From an uncultured Chloroflexia bacterium (GTDB lineage Bacteria > Chloroflexota > Limnocylindria > Limnocylindrales > CSP1-4), in contig OY970218.1 of NCBI GenBank assembly GCA_963713975.1, positions 1,024,001 to 1,088,000 on the forward strand: a DNA stretch of 64,000 bases, in the 5' to 3' direction. The position numbers and the translations under genes are program-made. Every line of letters begins with the position of its first letter. The first letter of the stretch is position 1. Below are positions 55,547-64,000 of the stretch, piece by piece. The notes under the pieces are model-generated. The model saw only the letters and a program-made list of their open reading frames with translations. It searched no databases and was not told the origin of the DNA.

Positions 55547-56188
55547 ATGGCCGACGAGCGCGTCCCCGTGAGCGAGATGGTGGTGGAGAGCGTTCGCGTG
55601 CACATGCGGACGGGCCGCCACGTCCTCCTGCTCAAGGAGGTCAGTGTCGGCCGGGTCCTGCCCGTGTGGATCGGACCGTGGGAGGCCCAGGCCATCGCGA
55701 TGCGCCTCCAGGGGATCTCGTCCGAGCGGCCACTGACGCACGACCTGTTCGTGACGGCCCTGCGGGACCTCGGGGTCCGCGTGGAGCGCGTCGTGATCGC
55801 CTCGCTCGCCGACGAGACGTTCCACGCCCGCCTGGTGCTGCTGGCGCCGGACGGCCCTCACGAGGTGGATGCCCGCCCGTCCGACGCGATCGCGCTCGCG
55901 GTTCGGCTGGAGTGTCCGATCTACGCCGCCAACGCGGTCCTGGACCAGGCCGCCGCGCTCCCGGACGACGATGACGCTGACGAGGACGACGACGCGGACC
56001 AAGCGGGGGCGGTGGCCCGAGGAGCGGCACGCGATGCACGGCGGAGCCGCCTCGCCGCGGGCTCGCTGGAGGCGACCGGCGAGACTCTCGATCCCACGAA
56101 GCTAGACATCTTCCGCGAGTTCGTGAACTCCCTCGATGCCGAGGGCGGTGATCCGCGGACCGGCGGCGGAGGAACCACCGCCGGCTGA
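55547..56188 (+). CDS. Bifunctional nuclease family (DUF151) protein
   Basis: LPVWIG, RPLTHDL, DARPSDAIALA. Confidence 0.92.
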   Translation: MADERVPVSEMVVESVRVHMRTGRHVLLLKEVSVGRVLPVWIGPWEAQAIAMRLQGISSERPLTHDLFVTALRDLGVRVERVVIASLADETFHARLVLLAPDGPHEVDARPSDAIALAVRLECPIYAANAVLDQAAALPDDDDADEDDDADQAGAVARGAARDARRSRLAAGSLEATGETLDPTKLDIFREFVNSLDAEGGDPRTGGGGTTAG

Positions 56189-56241
56189 GACGCCAGCCGC
56201 GTCGCCGGGCCAGCCCGCCGGCCTTCCGGCTGCCTGGCCGG

Positions 56242-57036
56242 TCAGGCGCCGAGGATCGGACGCCCGCGGCGCCTGGCCCGATCTGCGTTGGCCCACAGGC
56301 GAAGGCGCAGCAGCCAGAAGTCCTTCACCGCCCGCCAGATCACCGAGGGCTTCGCCCCCGTCGGGGACCCGGCGGTGCGGGCGTAGTGGGGCACGCCGAC
56401 CTCCGCGACGGATCGCCCCTGCTCCGTGACCTTGATCAGCAGCTCCGCAGAGAAGAACGCGCCCCCGGATTCGACCCGCACGCCGTCGAGTGCCTCGCGG
56501 CGAAAGAGCTTGCAGGCACAGTCCACGTCCCGGACCCGGAGGCCGAAGAAGATGCGATTGGCCAGCTTGTAGGTGCGGGCGTAGACCACGCGGATGATCG
56601 GATCTGCGCGCTTGATCCGGTAGCCGACCACGACATCCGGGTGGTCCGTCGCGTCCATCCGCTCCGTGAGGCGGCCGATGTCGGCGATCCGGAACTGGCG
56701 GTCGCCGTCCGTGAACGCGAGCAACTCGTAGCGGGATGCCTCGAACCCGGAGCGGAGCGCCCCGCCGTACCCCCGGTTGACCTCGTGGTGGACGACGCGC
56801 ACCACGTCGGGATGCTCGGCCGCGAGGCGATCCGCGATCTCGCGGGTGCGGTCACGAGAGCCGTCGTTGACGGCGATGATCTCGAACGTCTCGGCGAGGG
56901 ACGGCAGCGTCTCGAGCGCCTCCTGGACGAGCCCCTCGAGGTTCGCCTCCTCGTTGTGGGCCGGGAAGAAGTACGACAGGCGCGGCACCCGTGCGGGCGC
57001 CACGGCGTCCGTGGGATCTGCTGCGGGTGCGGTCAT
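56242..57036 (-). CDS. GT2 glycosyltransferase (polyprenol-phosphate mannose synthase-like)
   Basis: PAHNEE, VNDGSRD, NRGYGGA, TDGDRQ, DVDCACKLF. Confidence 0.9.
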   Translation of the reverse strand: MTAPAADPTDAVAPARVPRLSYFFPAHNEEANLEGLVQEALETLPSLAETFEIIAVNDGSRDRTREIADRLAAEHPDVVRVVHHEVNRGYGGALRSGFEASRYELLAFTDGDRQFRIADIGRLTERMDATDHPDVVVGYRIKRADPIIRVVYARTYKLANRIFFGLRVRDVDCACKLFRREALDGVRVESGGAFFSAELLIKVTEQGRSVAEVGVPHYARTAGSPTGAKPSVIWRAVKDFWLLRLRLWANADRARRRGRPILGA

Positions 57037-58619
57037 TGCTGGTTCTCCTGGCGGCCCGTCACGCGGTACATGCCCTCGAGGCGATCGACGGGCTCGATCA
57101 CATAGCGTAGGCCCAGAGCCTGCACGTCGGAAGCTTGCGCACGGATGACGTACACGGGCCGACGTCCGAGGTTGGCCTCGATGACGTCCTCGATCGTACC
57201 GAGACCCTCATCGAGCAGTGTCCGATCGTCGAGGACGAGGACGTCCGGCCGGCGCCCCTCGATGAGCTGGCCGTACCAGAGCGGCGTCGAGTACGACCAC
57301 CACGACAGGACGACCGCATCGCGCTCGAAGGCGGCGAACGCGTCGTCCAGCCAGCCAGCCATCGCGGTATCGCCGGAGCGGTCCGCCTCCCGCCAGCGCG
57401 GACCGAGGGCGACGCCCGTGGGCACGAGGAGGACAAGTGCGATGGCCGCGACGGTGACAGCTCGCACGATCCGGCCGCGACGACCCCGGGCCGACCCGGG
57501 CGCCAGCCGGCTGACCGTCAGGTCGATGCCCGTCGCTGCCAGCACGGCGAGCCACGTCCAGGCGAAGAACAGCGGACCCAGGTAGTAGCGGTCGATCGCG
57601 GCGTTGTCGTAGGACATCGCGAACAGGCAGGTCAGGAGCACGGCGACGCCGGACAGCAGCGCGTAGGCCCGGAGCCGGACCGCGGTGGCGAGGAACCCAG
57701 CCGGCACCAGGAGGGCCAGCACCCCCAGCTGGTCCCCGGCGAGCCGGCCGAGGGCGACGACCTTTCCAGCTGGGTCGGCGAGCAGGCCGAGGAGGCCGCC
57801 CTGGAACTGGCTGGCGAGGACGACCTCCCAGAACCCACCCCACGTCTCGGGGTGCCCGTACACGATAGGTGAGCGGAACGGACCCGCCCGAAGCGGCAGC
57901 TCGAGGTACAGCACGGCCGCCACGCAGAGGCACGCGGCGAGCGCGGTCGCGACCAGCCGGGGCCGGCGCAGCGCCGCGGGATCCACGGCCAGCACGTAGA
58001 GGCCGACGGGGGGGATGAGCAGGATGGTGAGGCCGTGATTGGCCAGCGCGACCCCGAACACGGCGGCGGCCAGCACGAGTCCCCGATCCGCCCGGCGGGC
58101 GGCAATGGCGTCGCCCGGGGCCGCCCCGCGATCCGCAACCAGCGCGGCCCAGCGCAGAAGGGTCAGCACCGCCAGCGCCAGGAGCGCCAGGTGGAGCGCA
58201 TGGACGTCGGCCGCGGCGGAGATGTGCCACGCGACGGGTGCCAGGGCGATGCCGATGGCGGCCGCGACGGCCACCAGGAGTGGCACCTCGAGGCGCCGCA
58301 GCACGAGGACCCCGGTGCCGGCGGCGGTCGCCGCGAGGATCGCAGACAGCAGGTTCGCCCGGAACGCAGGGTCGCCGAGGGGCTGCAGGATCGCCGATGC
58401 CAGCCAGCCCAGCAGGACGAAGGCCGGGAACCCGGTGGGGTGCATCGTCCCCATCAGCGCCGGCACGGTCTGGGCCTCGGCGGTGTCCCACAGCGACACC
58501 CCCGGCAACAGCGTCGTTCGGTAGATGCCGAGCACGGCGAGCCCGGTGAGCAGTGCCGCCACCCAGGACCAGTCGCGGGACCGCCATCGGCCGGCGAGCG
58601 CGCTACCAGGCAAGGACAT
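57033..58619 (-). CDS. DUF2723 (TMEM260-like) GT-C membrane glycosyltransferase
   Basis: WDTAE...HPTGFP N-terminal loop; multiple TM helices; ANH motif. Confidence 0.8.
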   Translation of the reverse strand: MSLPGSALAGRWRSRDWSWVAALLTGLAVLGIYRTTLLPGVSLWDTAEAQTVPALMGTMHPTGFPAFVLLGWLASAILQPLGDPAFRANLLSAILAATAAGTGVLVLRRLEVPLLVAVAAAIGIALAPVAWHISAAADVHALHLALLALAVLTLLRWAALVADRGAAPGDAIAARRADRGLVLAAAVFGVALANHGLTILLIPPVGLYVLAVDPAALRRPRLVATALAACLCVAAVLYLELPLRAGPFRSPIVYGHPETWGGFWEVVLASQFQGGLLGLLADPAGKVVALGRLAGDQLGVLALLVPAGFLATAVRLRAYALLSGVAVLLTCLFAMSYDNAAIDRYYLGPLFFAWTWLAVLAATGIDLTVSRLAPGSARGRRGRIVRAVTVAAIALVLLVPTGVALGPRWREADRSGDTAMAGWLDDAFAAFERDAVVLSWWSYSTPLWYGQLIEGRRPDVLVLDDRTLLDEGLGTIEDVIEANLGRRPVYVIRAQASDVQALGLRYVIEPVDRLEGMYRVTGRQENQQ

Positions 58620-60120
58620 GACCCCAGGTGACGCCCCACAGGTTGATCAGCCCGCCCGCCACCAGCAGCGCGATGGCGATCATTCGAGGCCGGCCGTCGG
58701 ACGGCCTGGCCGATCCCAGCGCGACCATCGGCAGGAGGAACGGCACGAAGTCGAGCGAGAACCGGTAGCCCCACTGCACCCAGCCCTGTGAGAAGTGCGC
58801 GAGGTTGAACGTCGCGACCAGCAGCACGGCCGCCGCGGTCGCGAGCCCCAGGCGGGAACGCCCGTGCCGCCGGAGCGCGAACAGTGCGAGCAGCAGGCCC
58901 GGTGCGCTGAGGAGGATGCTGGTGCCGATGTCCGAAGGGATGGCGAGCGGACAGGCGGCATCGAACAGCGAGCGCTGGGCGTCCGGCGCCGTGCACAGCA
59001 CGACGGGATCCAGGAAGCCGAGGCTGTCCGGCAGGCTGTCCGGCAGGACTCGGGGCAGCGCCGCCAGCATGATCCCCACGTTCTGCGGGATGTAGCGGAG
59101 GTCCTCCACGGACCAGTCGGCGTGGTAGCCGAGGGCTGAGTAGCCGGCGGCCTCGCGCTGGTACTGGTAGGCGTAGCCCGGGTGGAGCAGGGCACCCGTC
59201 GTCAGGTAGGTGTAGCCGAGCAGCGCCGCCACGGGCAGGATGCCGCCGGCCGCCGCGGACACGAGTCGGCGCAACGGCGTGCCGCCGCCGCCCACCAGCA
59301 CGAACCACGGCGCGGCGAAGATCAGCGGCAGCCTCGCGGTCACGGCAAGGCCGAGCAGGAAGCCCGCCAGGACCTGGGACCGGTCGAGTGGCCAGGCGGC
59401 CTCACGCAGCTGTGCCAGCCGGGAGGGCCCCCGGTTCGCGACCCCATCGCCGGCGGGCGCCTTATCGCCGGCCCCGCCCGCCTCTTCCGGATCCTCGCCC
59501 GCGTGATCGTCTGCGGCACCCGTGTCGTGGCGCAGGGTCACGCCCACGGCGAGGAAGGCGAGGTTGACCGCCACGAGGTGGGCCAGGTACCAGGTGCTGC
59601 CGACGGATGCCGCCCACCACCACACGGTGCCGGTTGCGAACAGGAACGTGACCAGTGCCCGGACGCTGGTCCGCAGGCGCAGGCCGCCGAGCATCCACCA
59701 CGCCAGGCCGACGCCGAGCGCCCCGAGCCCCACCGCGACCGCCTCCTGGTCCGTGGCGAGGCCCCAGATCGCCACGAACGGCATCAGCACGATGGCTGGG
59801 AGCGGCGGGAACGGGAGCAGCACGCGCCCGTCGGGCAGGCCATCCGGCCGGGCCAGCGGGTACACGTCCTGGAAGTAGTCGTTCCGGGGAAGATCGCCCC
59901 CGCCGGGCACCGGGTACGGGAACCAGGCGCGACCGTTGAGAAAGGCGTCCGCCTGCCACACGAAATGGTTGTAGACGTTCCAGTGGTCGAGGCTCGAGAC
60001 CCAGTACACGGCGAGCGCGAACAGCACGAGCAGGAGCCCGACGAGCCAGCTCGTCGGGTTCCTGGCGGCAGAGAGGGACTGGGGGGACCCTCCGGGGCCC
60101 TCGGCTATACTCGGCGGCAC
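58603..60120 (-). CDS. Multi-TM GT-C-like membrane protein
   Basis: NHFVWQADAFL, PFPPLPA, WYLAH, GWVQWGYRFSLD. Only the 3' third of the 1157-aa ORF looks real; start uncertain. Confidence 0.65.
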   Translation of the reverse strand: MPPSIAEGPGGSPQSLSAARNPTSWLVGLLLVLFALAVYWVSSLDHWNVYNHFVWQADAFLNGRAWFPYPVPGGGDLPRNDYFQDVYPLARPDGLPDGRVLLPFPPLPAIVLMPFVAIWGLATDQEAVAVGLGALGVGLAWWMLGGLRLRTSVRALVTFLFATGTVWWWAASVGSTWYLAHLVAVNLAFLAVGVTLRHDTGAADDHAGEDPEEAGGAGDKAPAGDGVANRGPSRLAQLREAAWPLDRSQVLAGFLLGLAVTARLPLIFAAPWFVLVGGGGTPLRRLVSAAAGGILPVAALLGYTYLTTGALLHPGYAYQYQREAAGYSALGYHADWSVEDLRYIPQNVGIMLAALPRVLPDSLPDSLGFLDPVVLCTAPDAQRSLFDAACPLAIPSDIGTSILLSAPGLLLALFALRRHGRSRLGLATAAAVLLVATFNLAHFSQGWVQWGYRFSLDFVPFLLPMVALGSARPSDGRPRMIAIALLVAGGLINLWGVTWGHVLAW

Positions 60121-60147
60121 CTTCAACGCTGCGTTAGGAGGCTCCCC

Positions 60148-63100
60148 GTGACCGCTCTGGGTTCGGGTGCGCCCGCCCGGGAGTCGACGACGGACGAAGC
60201 CCCCCGGCGAGGCGTCGGCCCGCAGATCGCGCTGATCATGCTGATCGGCGTGGTCTTCCGCTTGATTCTGGCATACGGCATCGATGGACTCCGCGGATCC
60301 GGGTTCGGCGCGGACCTTGGCCTCTTCCGGTACTGGGCCGACACACTTGCCACTCACGGGCCATGGGGCTTCTACGCGAACGCGTCCTTCGCGGACTACA
60401 CGCCCGGCTACCTGTACGCCCTGTGGCCGGTCGGGGTCGTCGGCCAGTTCGTCGGCGGTGTCGGCGACCTGATCAAGATCCCGGCAATCATCACCGACGT
60501 GGTGCTCGGGTACATCGTGTGCTCGATGGCGCTGGACCTCGGCGTGACGCGCAGGCGCGCCCTGATCGCGGCCGCCGTCGTGATCCTCAACCCCATCAGC
60601 TGGTTCGACTCGGTGATCTGGGGCCAGGTGGACAGCTTCGGGACGGTCTTCCTGCTGCTGGGTGTGCGCGAGTTGTGGCGCGGCCGGGGCGAGCGGGCTG
60701 CCGTCCTCGCCGTGATCGCTGCACTGGTCAAGCCGCAGCTGGCGATCCTCGTGCCCATCGTCGCCGTCGTTGTGATCCGCCGGGCCCTGTGGCCACGGGG
60801 AGGATTCGGCGACGAGCCGGCGCCGCGACCGGCTGGCACGGGCTGGGAGCGCCGCACGACCGGATGGATCCGGATCCTGACCACGGCCGCCGCCGGCTTC
60901 CTGACGGCGGTGGCGATGTCCGCTCCGTTCGGGTTGTCCGTGGTCGGCGTGTCCGCCAGCGCGCCGTATCTCGACTCGTCTCTGCTGCGACTCGTCTTCA
61001 GCACCGCCGCCGGGTACCCCTACCTGACGGTCAACGCCTACAACTGGTGGGCCCTGTTCCCGGTCGACGGGCTGAGCGTGGCCTCGGCAGGTGGCGCCCT
61101 GTGGATGCCCGACTCGCCGGTCCCCGATGCGACGGTATGGGGAGCCATCGGGCCCGTTCCCGCCGCGCTGGTGGGGGCCACGATCCTGCTGACCGTGGCG
61201 GCGCTGGTTGCGTGGGTGGTGGCGCGCCGGCCGGACCGGCTCACGATCCTGGTGGGCGTCACGGTCCTCGCCGTGGCGTTCTTCGCCGCCCCAACGCGCG
61301 TCCATGAGCGCTACCTCTTCCCGTTCTTCGGCCTCGCGGGAATCCTGTTCGCCGTCTCCTTTCGCTGGAGGATCGCCTACGTCGTTGCCGGCGTCGCCAC
61401 GTTCCTCAACATGTACGTGGTCCTCACCACGCTCTACGGCGACAACCCGCAGGTGTCGGACTGGCTGGGGATCGGCGGTGCCATCAGGTCCTCGGCGGGC
61501 GTGACCCTGGTGGCGCTGCTGCACACCGCGGCGTTCGGATGGGGACTGCTCCAGCTCCGGCCACGGGCCCGGTCGACGCTCGCGATCGAGCTCGACGCGG
61601 CGCGGATCGAGGAGGGTGGCGACGGCCACCAGGTTCACGCCGGGGGAGCCGCCGGTCAGGTATCCGCGCCCGCGCCACCGGCCGTCGCGGCGGTTACGGG
61701 CGTGCGATCGGCCGCTGCCGGCCCGGCCCGGCCCGGATCTGCACCGGCCCGCCGCCTGCTCCCCGCCTGGTATGACCGGCCGTCCTGGACGGAGATCGGC
61801 CCCATCGCCTGGCTCAGGGTGCGCGTCGCCGAGACGCCATGGCGTCCCGATCGGTCCCGATCCCTCGCGACGGAGGGTCGCGGCCGCCTGGACCGGCTGG
61901 ACCTGTGGATTCTGATCGTGCTGGTCGTCGGAACGATGGGCCTCCGCACGTACCGCCTGGAGGAGCCCTCCAGGATGCACTTCGACGAGGTCTACCATGC
62001 CCGTACGGCCACGGAGTTCCTCCAGGACTGGCGCTACGGCATTTCCCACTCCATCTATGAGTGGACCCACCCGCATCTCGCCAAGTACTCAATGGCGCTC
62101 GGGATCGTGGCCTTCGCGGGCGCGGACGTCGAGGCCACCAGCGACCTCGGCGTCCCGGTGCGTGCGGCTGCGATCGAGCCAAGGCGCGAGGACCTGGCCG
62201 GTGGTACGGATCGAGCCGGCGACCGCGCATGGGTGGTGACGGGCTCGGAGCTCATCGCCTATGACCTGCAGACGCGGGCCGTCGTGGCTCGCTGGGCGCT
62301 GCCGGGGGCGAGCGCGGTCGCCTTCGACGAGGTGGGCCCTCGCCTGTTGGTCGGCACCGACGCGGGTGAGGTCCTCGCTCTGGACACGAGCGCGCTGGAC
62401 GCCCTTCCCGCGGCGACCCCGGAGTCCCAGACGATCGACCCGCTGCCGGTGGCCATGCTCGAGGGTCCCGTGATCGGCCTCGCGGGCTACAAGGATGGGT
62501 CCCACGTCGCCGCGCTGCTCCAGGACGGACAGGTGGCCGTCCTGGACGCCGACACCGGAGAGGTCACCGGAAGCGCCACGGTTGACGGCGCCGTGGACCT
62601 CGCGGCCGTCGACGATGTCTCAGCGCTCGTGGCCACGCCCTCAGCGGTCGCGGACGTGCCGGCTGTCGCGGCGGAGCTGGCCGCACAGCTGGGTGGCGAC
62701 GAGGCGTCCTACGAGGCGCAGCTGGCCGCCGCGGAGGCCGACACGGTCGTTCTCGACGCGCCGGTCACCGCCGACAATCGGGACGCGCTCCAGGCTGCGA
62801 TCGACGACGGGCGCCTCGCCGGCCTGGCGATCGAACCCGTTCCCACGATGGCCGTGGCTGGTTCCGGCGGCGTCTCGTTCCTCACCACACGGGGCACGAC
62901 CTCCGCCACCGTGGACCTGGAGCACGGCGCGGCCGGGCTGGCGCTGGTCACGAACATCGATGACGGGGCCCAGCTCTACGTGACCACGAAGGCCCCGGGC
63001 ACGGGCGACCCGGAGATCGCCGTGATCGCGGTCTCGGGCGACGCGGCCGCGAACGGTCCCGAGCGGACCGACAGCTTCCCGCTGCCGGCACCGGGGACCA

Positions 63101-64000
63101 GGGTCGTGTACGACACGGCGTCCGAGCTGGTCGAGGTGCAGGGCGTCACCCCGGACGGCACGGGCTCCACCGTCTACGTGATCGAGCCGCACGGCAAGAG
63201 CGTGTTCGCCGATCACAAGCTCCCGTTCGTGCCGGTCGCCCTCGCCATCGACCACAACGGGGACTATCCGATCGACAGCCGTGGATCCCTGCTCGCATTT
63301 GCCTCCGGAGGGGAGTCGGCGTCGATGGACGTGGGGTCCTACCAGATGGCCTGGCGCCTGCCCGGCGCGCTGCTCGGCGCGCTCACGGTGGGCGTGCTGT
63401 TCCTCCTGGGTCGCGTGCTGTTCCGGCGACGCACCGTGGGCGTGCTGGTCGGGCTGTTCGCGCTGCTGGACGGGATGCTCTTCGTCCAGAGCCGGATCGC
63501 GATGAACGACGTCTACACGGGCTTCTTCATCCTCGCCGCCTACCTGCTGTTCGCCCTGGTGTGGCTCGAGCCCCAACGGTCCAAGCGCGCCTTCTGGGTT
63601 GTCATGCCCGTCATGGGCGTGCTCCTCGGCCTGGCGCTTGCATCGAAGTGGGTGGCCGCCTACGCCATCGGGGCGTTGGGCATCCTGGTGCTGATCCGCT
63701 CGGCGCTGGGGCGGATCCTGCTGATCGCCGGCCTGGTGGGGATCACCGGGGTGCTGGGGTGGATGGCGCTGGCGGTTCCGACGGGCAGTGGCGGTGCAGG
63801 CAACCTGCCGTTCGTCCTGATCATGATCGCGATCACCCTGGCGACAGTTGCGATCACCGTCTACCACCCCGTCGCCTGGTCGGACGACGAGGTCCGCTTC
63901 GCCGTCGGCGCCCCAGCCATGCTGGGGATGCTGGTCGTGCTCGCCGGGATTGCCGCGGGCAAGGCGGAATCGAGCATCGTGCTGGGACCCGTCCAGGTGA
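60148..64000 (+). CDS. Large fused glycosyltransferase: GT-C module plus PMT/GT39 module with inserted beta-propeller; runs off the window end
   Basis: TAGGAGG SD and GTG. One frame contains DYTPGYLY, WGQVDS, KPQ, HERY, then FDEVYH...EWTHPHLAK, a ~400-aa soluble insert, then WRLP...DGMLFVQSRIAMND and ASKW. Confidence 0.82.
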   Translation, partial: MTALGSGAPARESTTDEAPRRGVGPQIALIMLIGVVFRLILAYGIDGLRGSGFGADLGLFRYWADTLATHGPWGFYANASFADYTPGYLYALWPVGVVGQFVGGVGDLIKIPAIITDVVLGYIVCSMALDLGVTRRRALIAAAVVILNPISWFDSVIWGQVDSFGTVFLLLGVRELWRGRGERAAVLAVIAALVKPQLAILVPIVAVVVIRRALWPRGGFGDEPAPRPAGTGWERRTTGWIRILTTAAAGFLTAVAMSAPFGLSVVGVSASAPYLDSSLLRLVFSTAAGYPYLTVNAYNWWALFPVDGLSVASAGGALWMPDSPVPDATVWGAIGPVPAALVGATILLTVAALVAWVVARRPDRLTILVGVTVLAVAFFAAPTRVHERYLFPFFGLAGILFAVSFRWRIAYVVAGVATFLNMYVVLTTLYGDNPQVSDWLGIGGAIRSSAGVTLVALLHTAAFGWGLLQLRPRARSTLAIELDAARIEEGGDGHQVHAGGAAGQVSAPAPPAVAAVTGVRSAAAGPARPGSAPARRLLPAWYDRPSWTEIGPIAWLRVRVAETPWRPDRSRSLATEGRGRLDRLDLWILIVLVVGTMGLRTYRLEEPSRMHFDEVYHARTATEFLQDWRYGISHSIYEWTHPHLAKYSMALGIVAFAGADVEATSDLGVPVRAAAIEPRREDLAGGTDRAGDRAWVVTGSELIAYDLQTRAVVARWALPGASAVAFDEVGPRLLVGTDAGEVLALDTSALDALPAATPESQTIDPLPVAMLEGPVIGLAGYKDGSHVAALLQDGQVAVLDADTGEVTGSATVDGAVDLAAVDDVSALVATPSAVADVPAVAAELAAQLGGDEASYEAQLAAAEADTVVLDAPVTADNRDALQAAIDDGRLAGLAIEPVPTMAVAGSGGVSFLTTRGTTSATVDLEHGAAGLALVTNIDDGAQLYVTTKAPGTGDPEIAVIAVSGDAAANGPERTDSFPLPAPGTRVVYDTASELVEVQGVTPDGTGSTVYVIEPHGKSVFADHKLPFVPVALAIDHNGDYPIDSRGSLLAFASGGESASMDVGSYQMAWRLPGALLGALTVGVLFLLGRVLFRRRTVGVLVGLFALLDGMLFVQSRIAMNDVYTGFFILAAYLLFALVWLEPQRSKRAFWVVMPVMGVLLGLALASKWVAAYAIGALGILVLIRSALGRILLIAGLVGITGVLGWMALAVPTGSGGAGNLPFVLIMIAITLATVAITVYHPVAWSDDEVRFAVGAPAMLGMLVVLAGIAAGKAESSIVLGPVQV

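Noticed and set aside
60121-62076. 5' two-thirds of the 1157-aa minus-strand ORF
   Set aside because: Antisense shadow of the real plus-strand GT-C/PMT gene; only 58603-~60120 looks protein-like.

Overview
High-GC bacterial chromosome segment spanning the replication origin. DnaA/DnaN N-termini, gene content and lipoprotein style suggest Chloroflexota, possibly Limnocylindria (inference). Core genes: rodA-mrdA-mreD, two parS sites, parA-parB-gyrB-(thioesterase)-(AlkD-like)-gyrA-prs, secA, prfB with +1 frameshift, ftsEX, S41 protease, smpB, tmRNA, jag-yidC-yidD-rnpA-rpmH and dnaA-oriC-dnaN-recF-DUF721. Accessory genes: proline-racemase family enzyme, a divergent two-gene urease-like enzyme with no adjacent accessory genes, serpin lipoprotein, acyl-ACP desaturase, glgX, a sulfide/arsenic/metal cluster after tmRNA (SqrF-like SQR, arsM, two ArsR regulators, P1B-5 ATPase with hemerythrin) and a GT-C/PMT glycosylation cluster. 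The most unusual signals are: (1) an unannotated ~140-nt structured RNA just upstream of smpB, with its own promoter, a perfect SD and a 16-aa ORF ending in an ssrA-tag-like LEIAA; (2) an 8-Cys mini-protein translationally coupled to prfB behind an anti-SD hairpin; (3) the divergent urease homolog; (4) an 18-bp operator shared by sqr and an ArsR gene; (5) repeated leaderless-type starts. No CRISPR array, integrase or IS element was seen.
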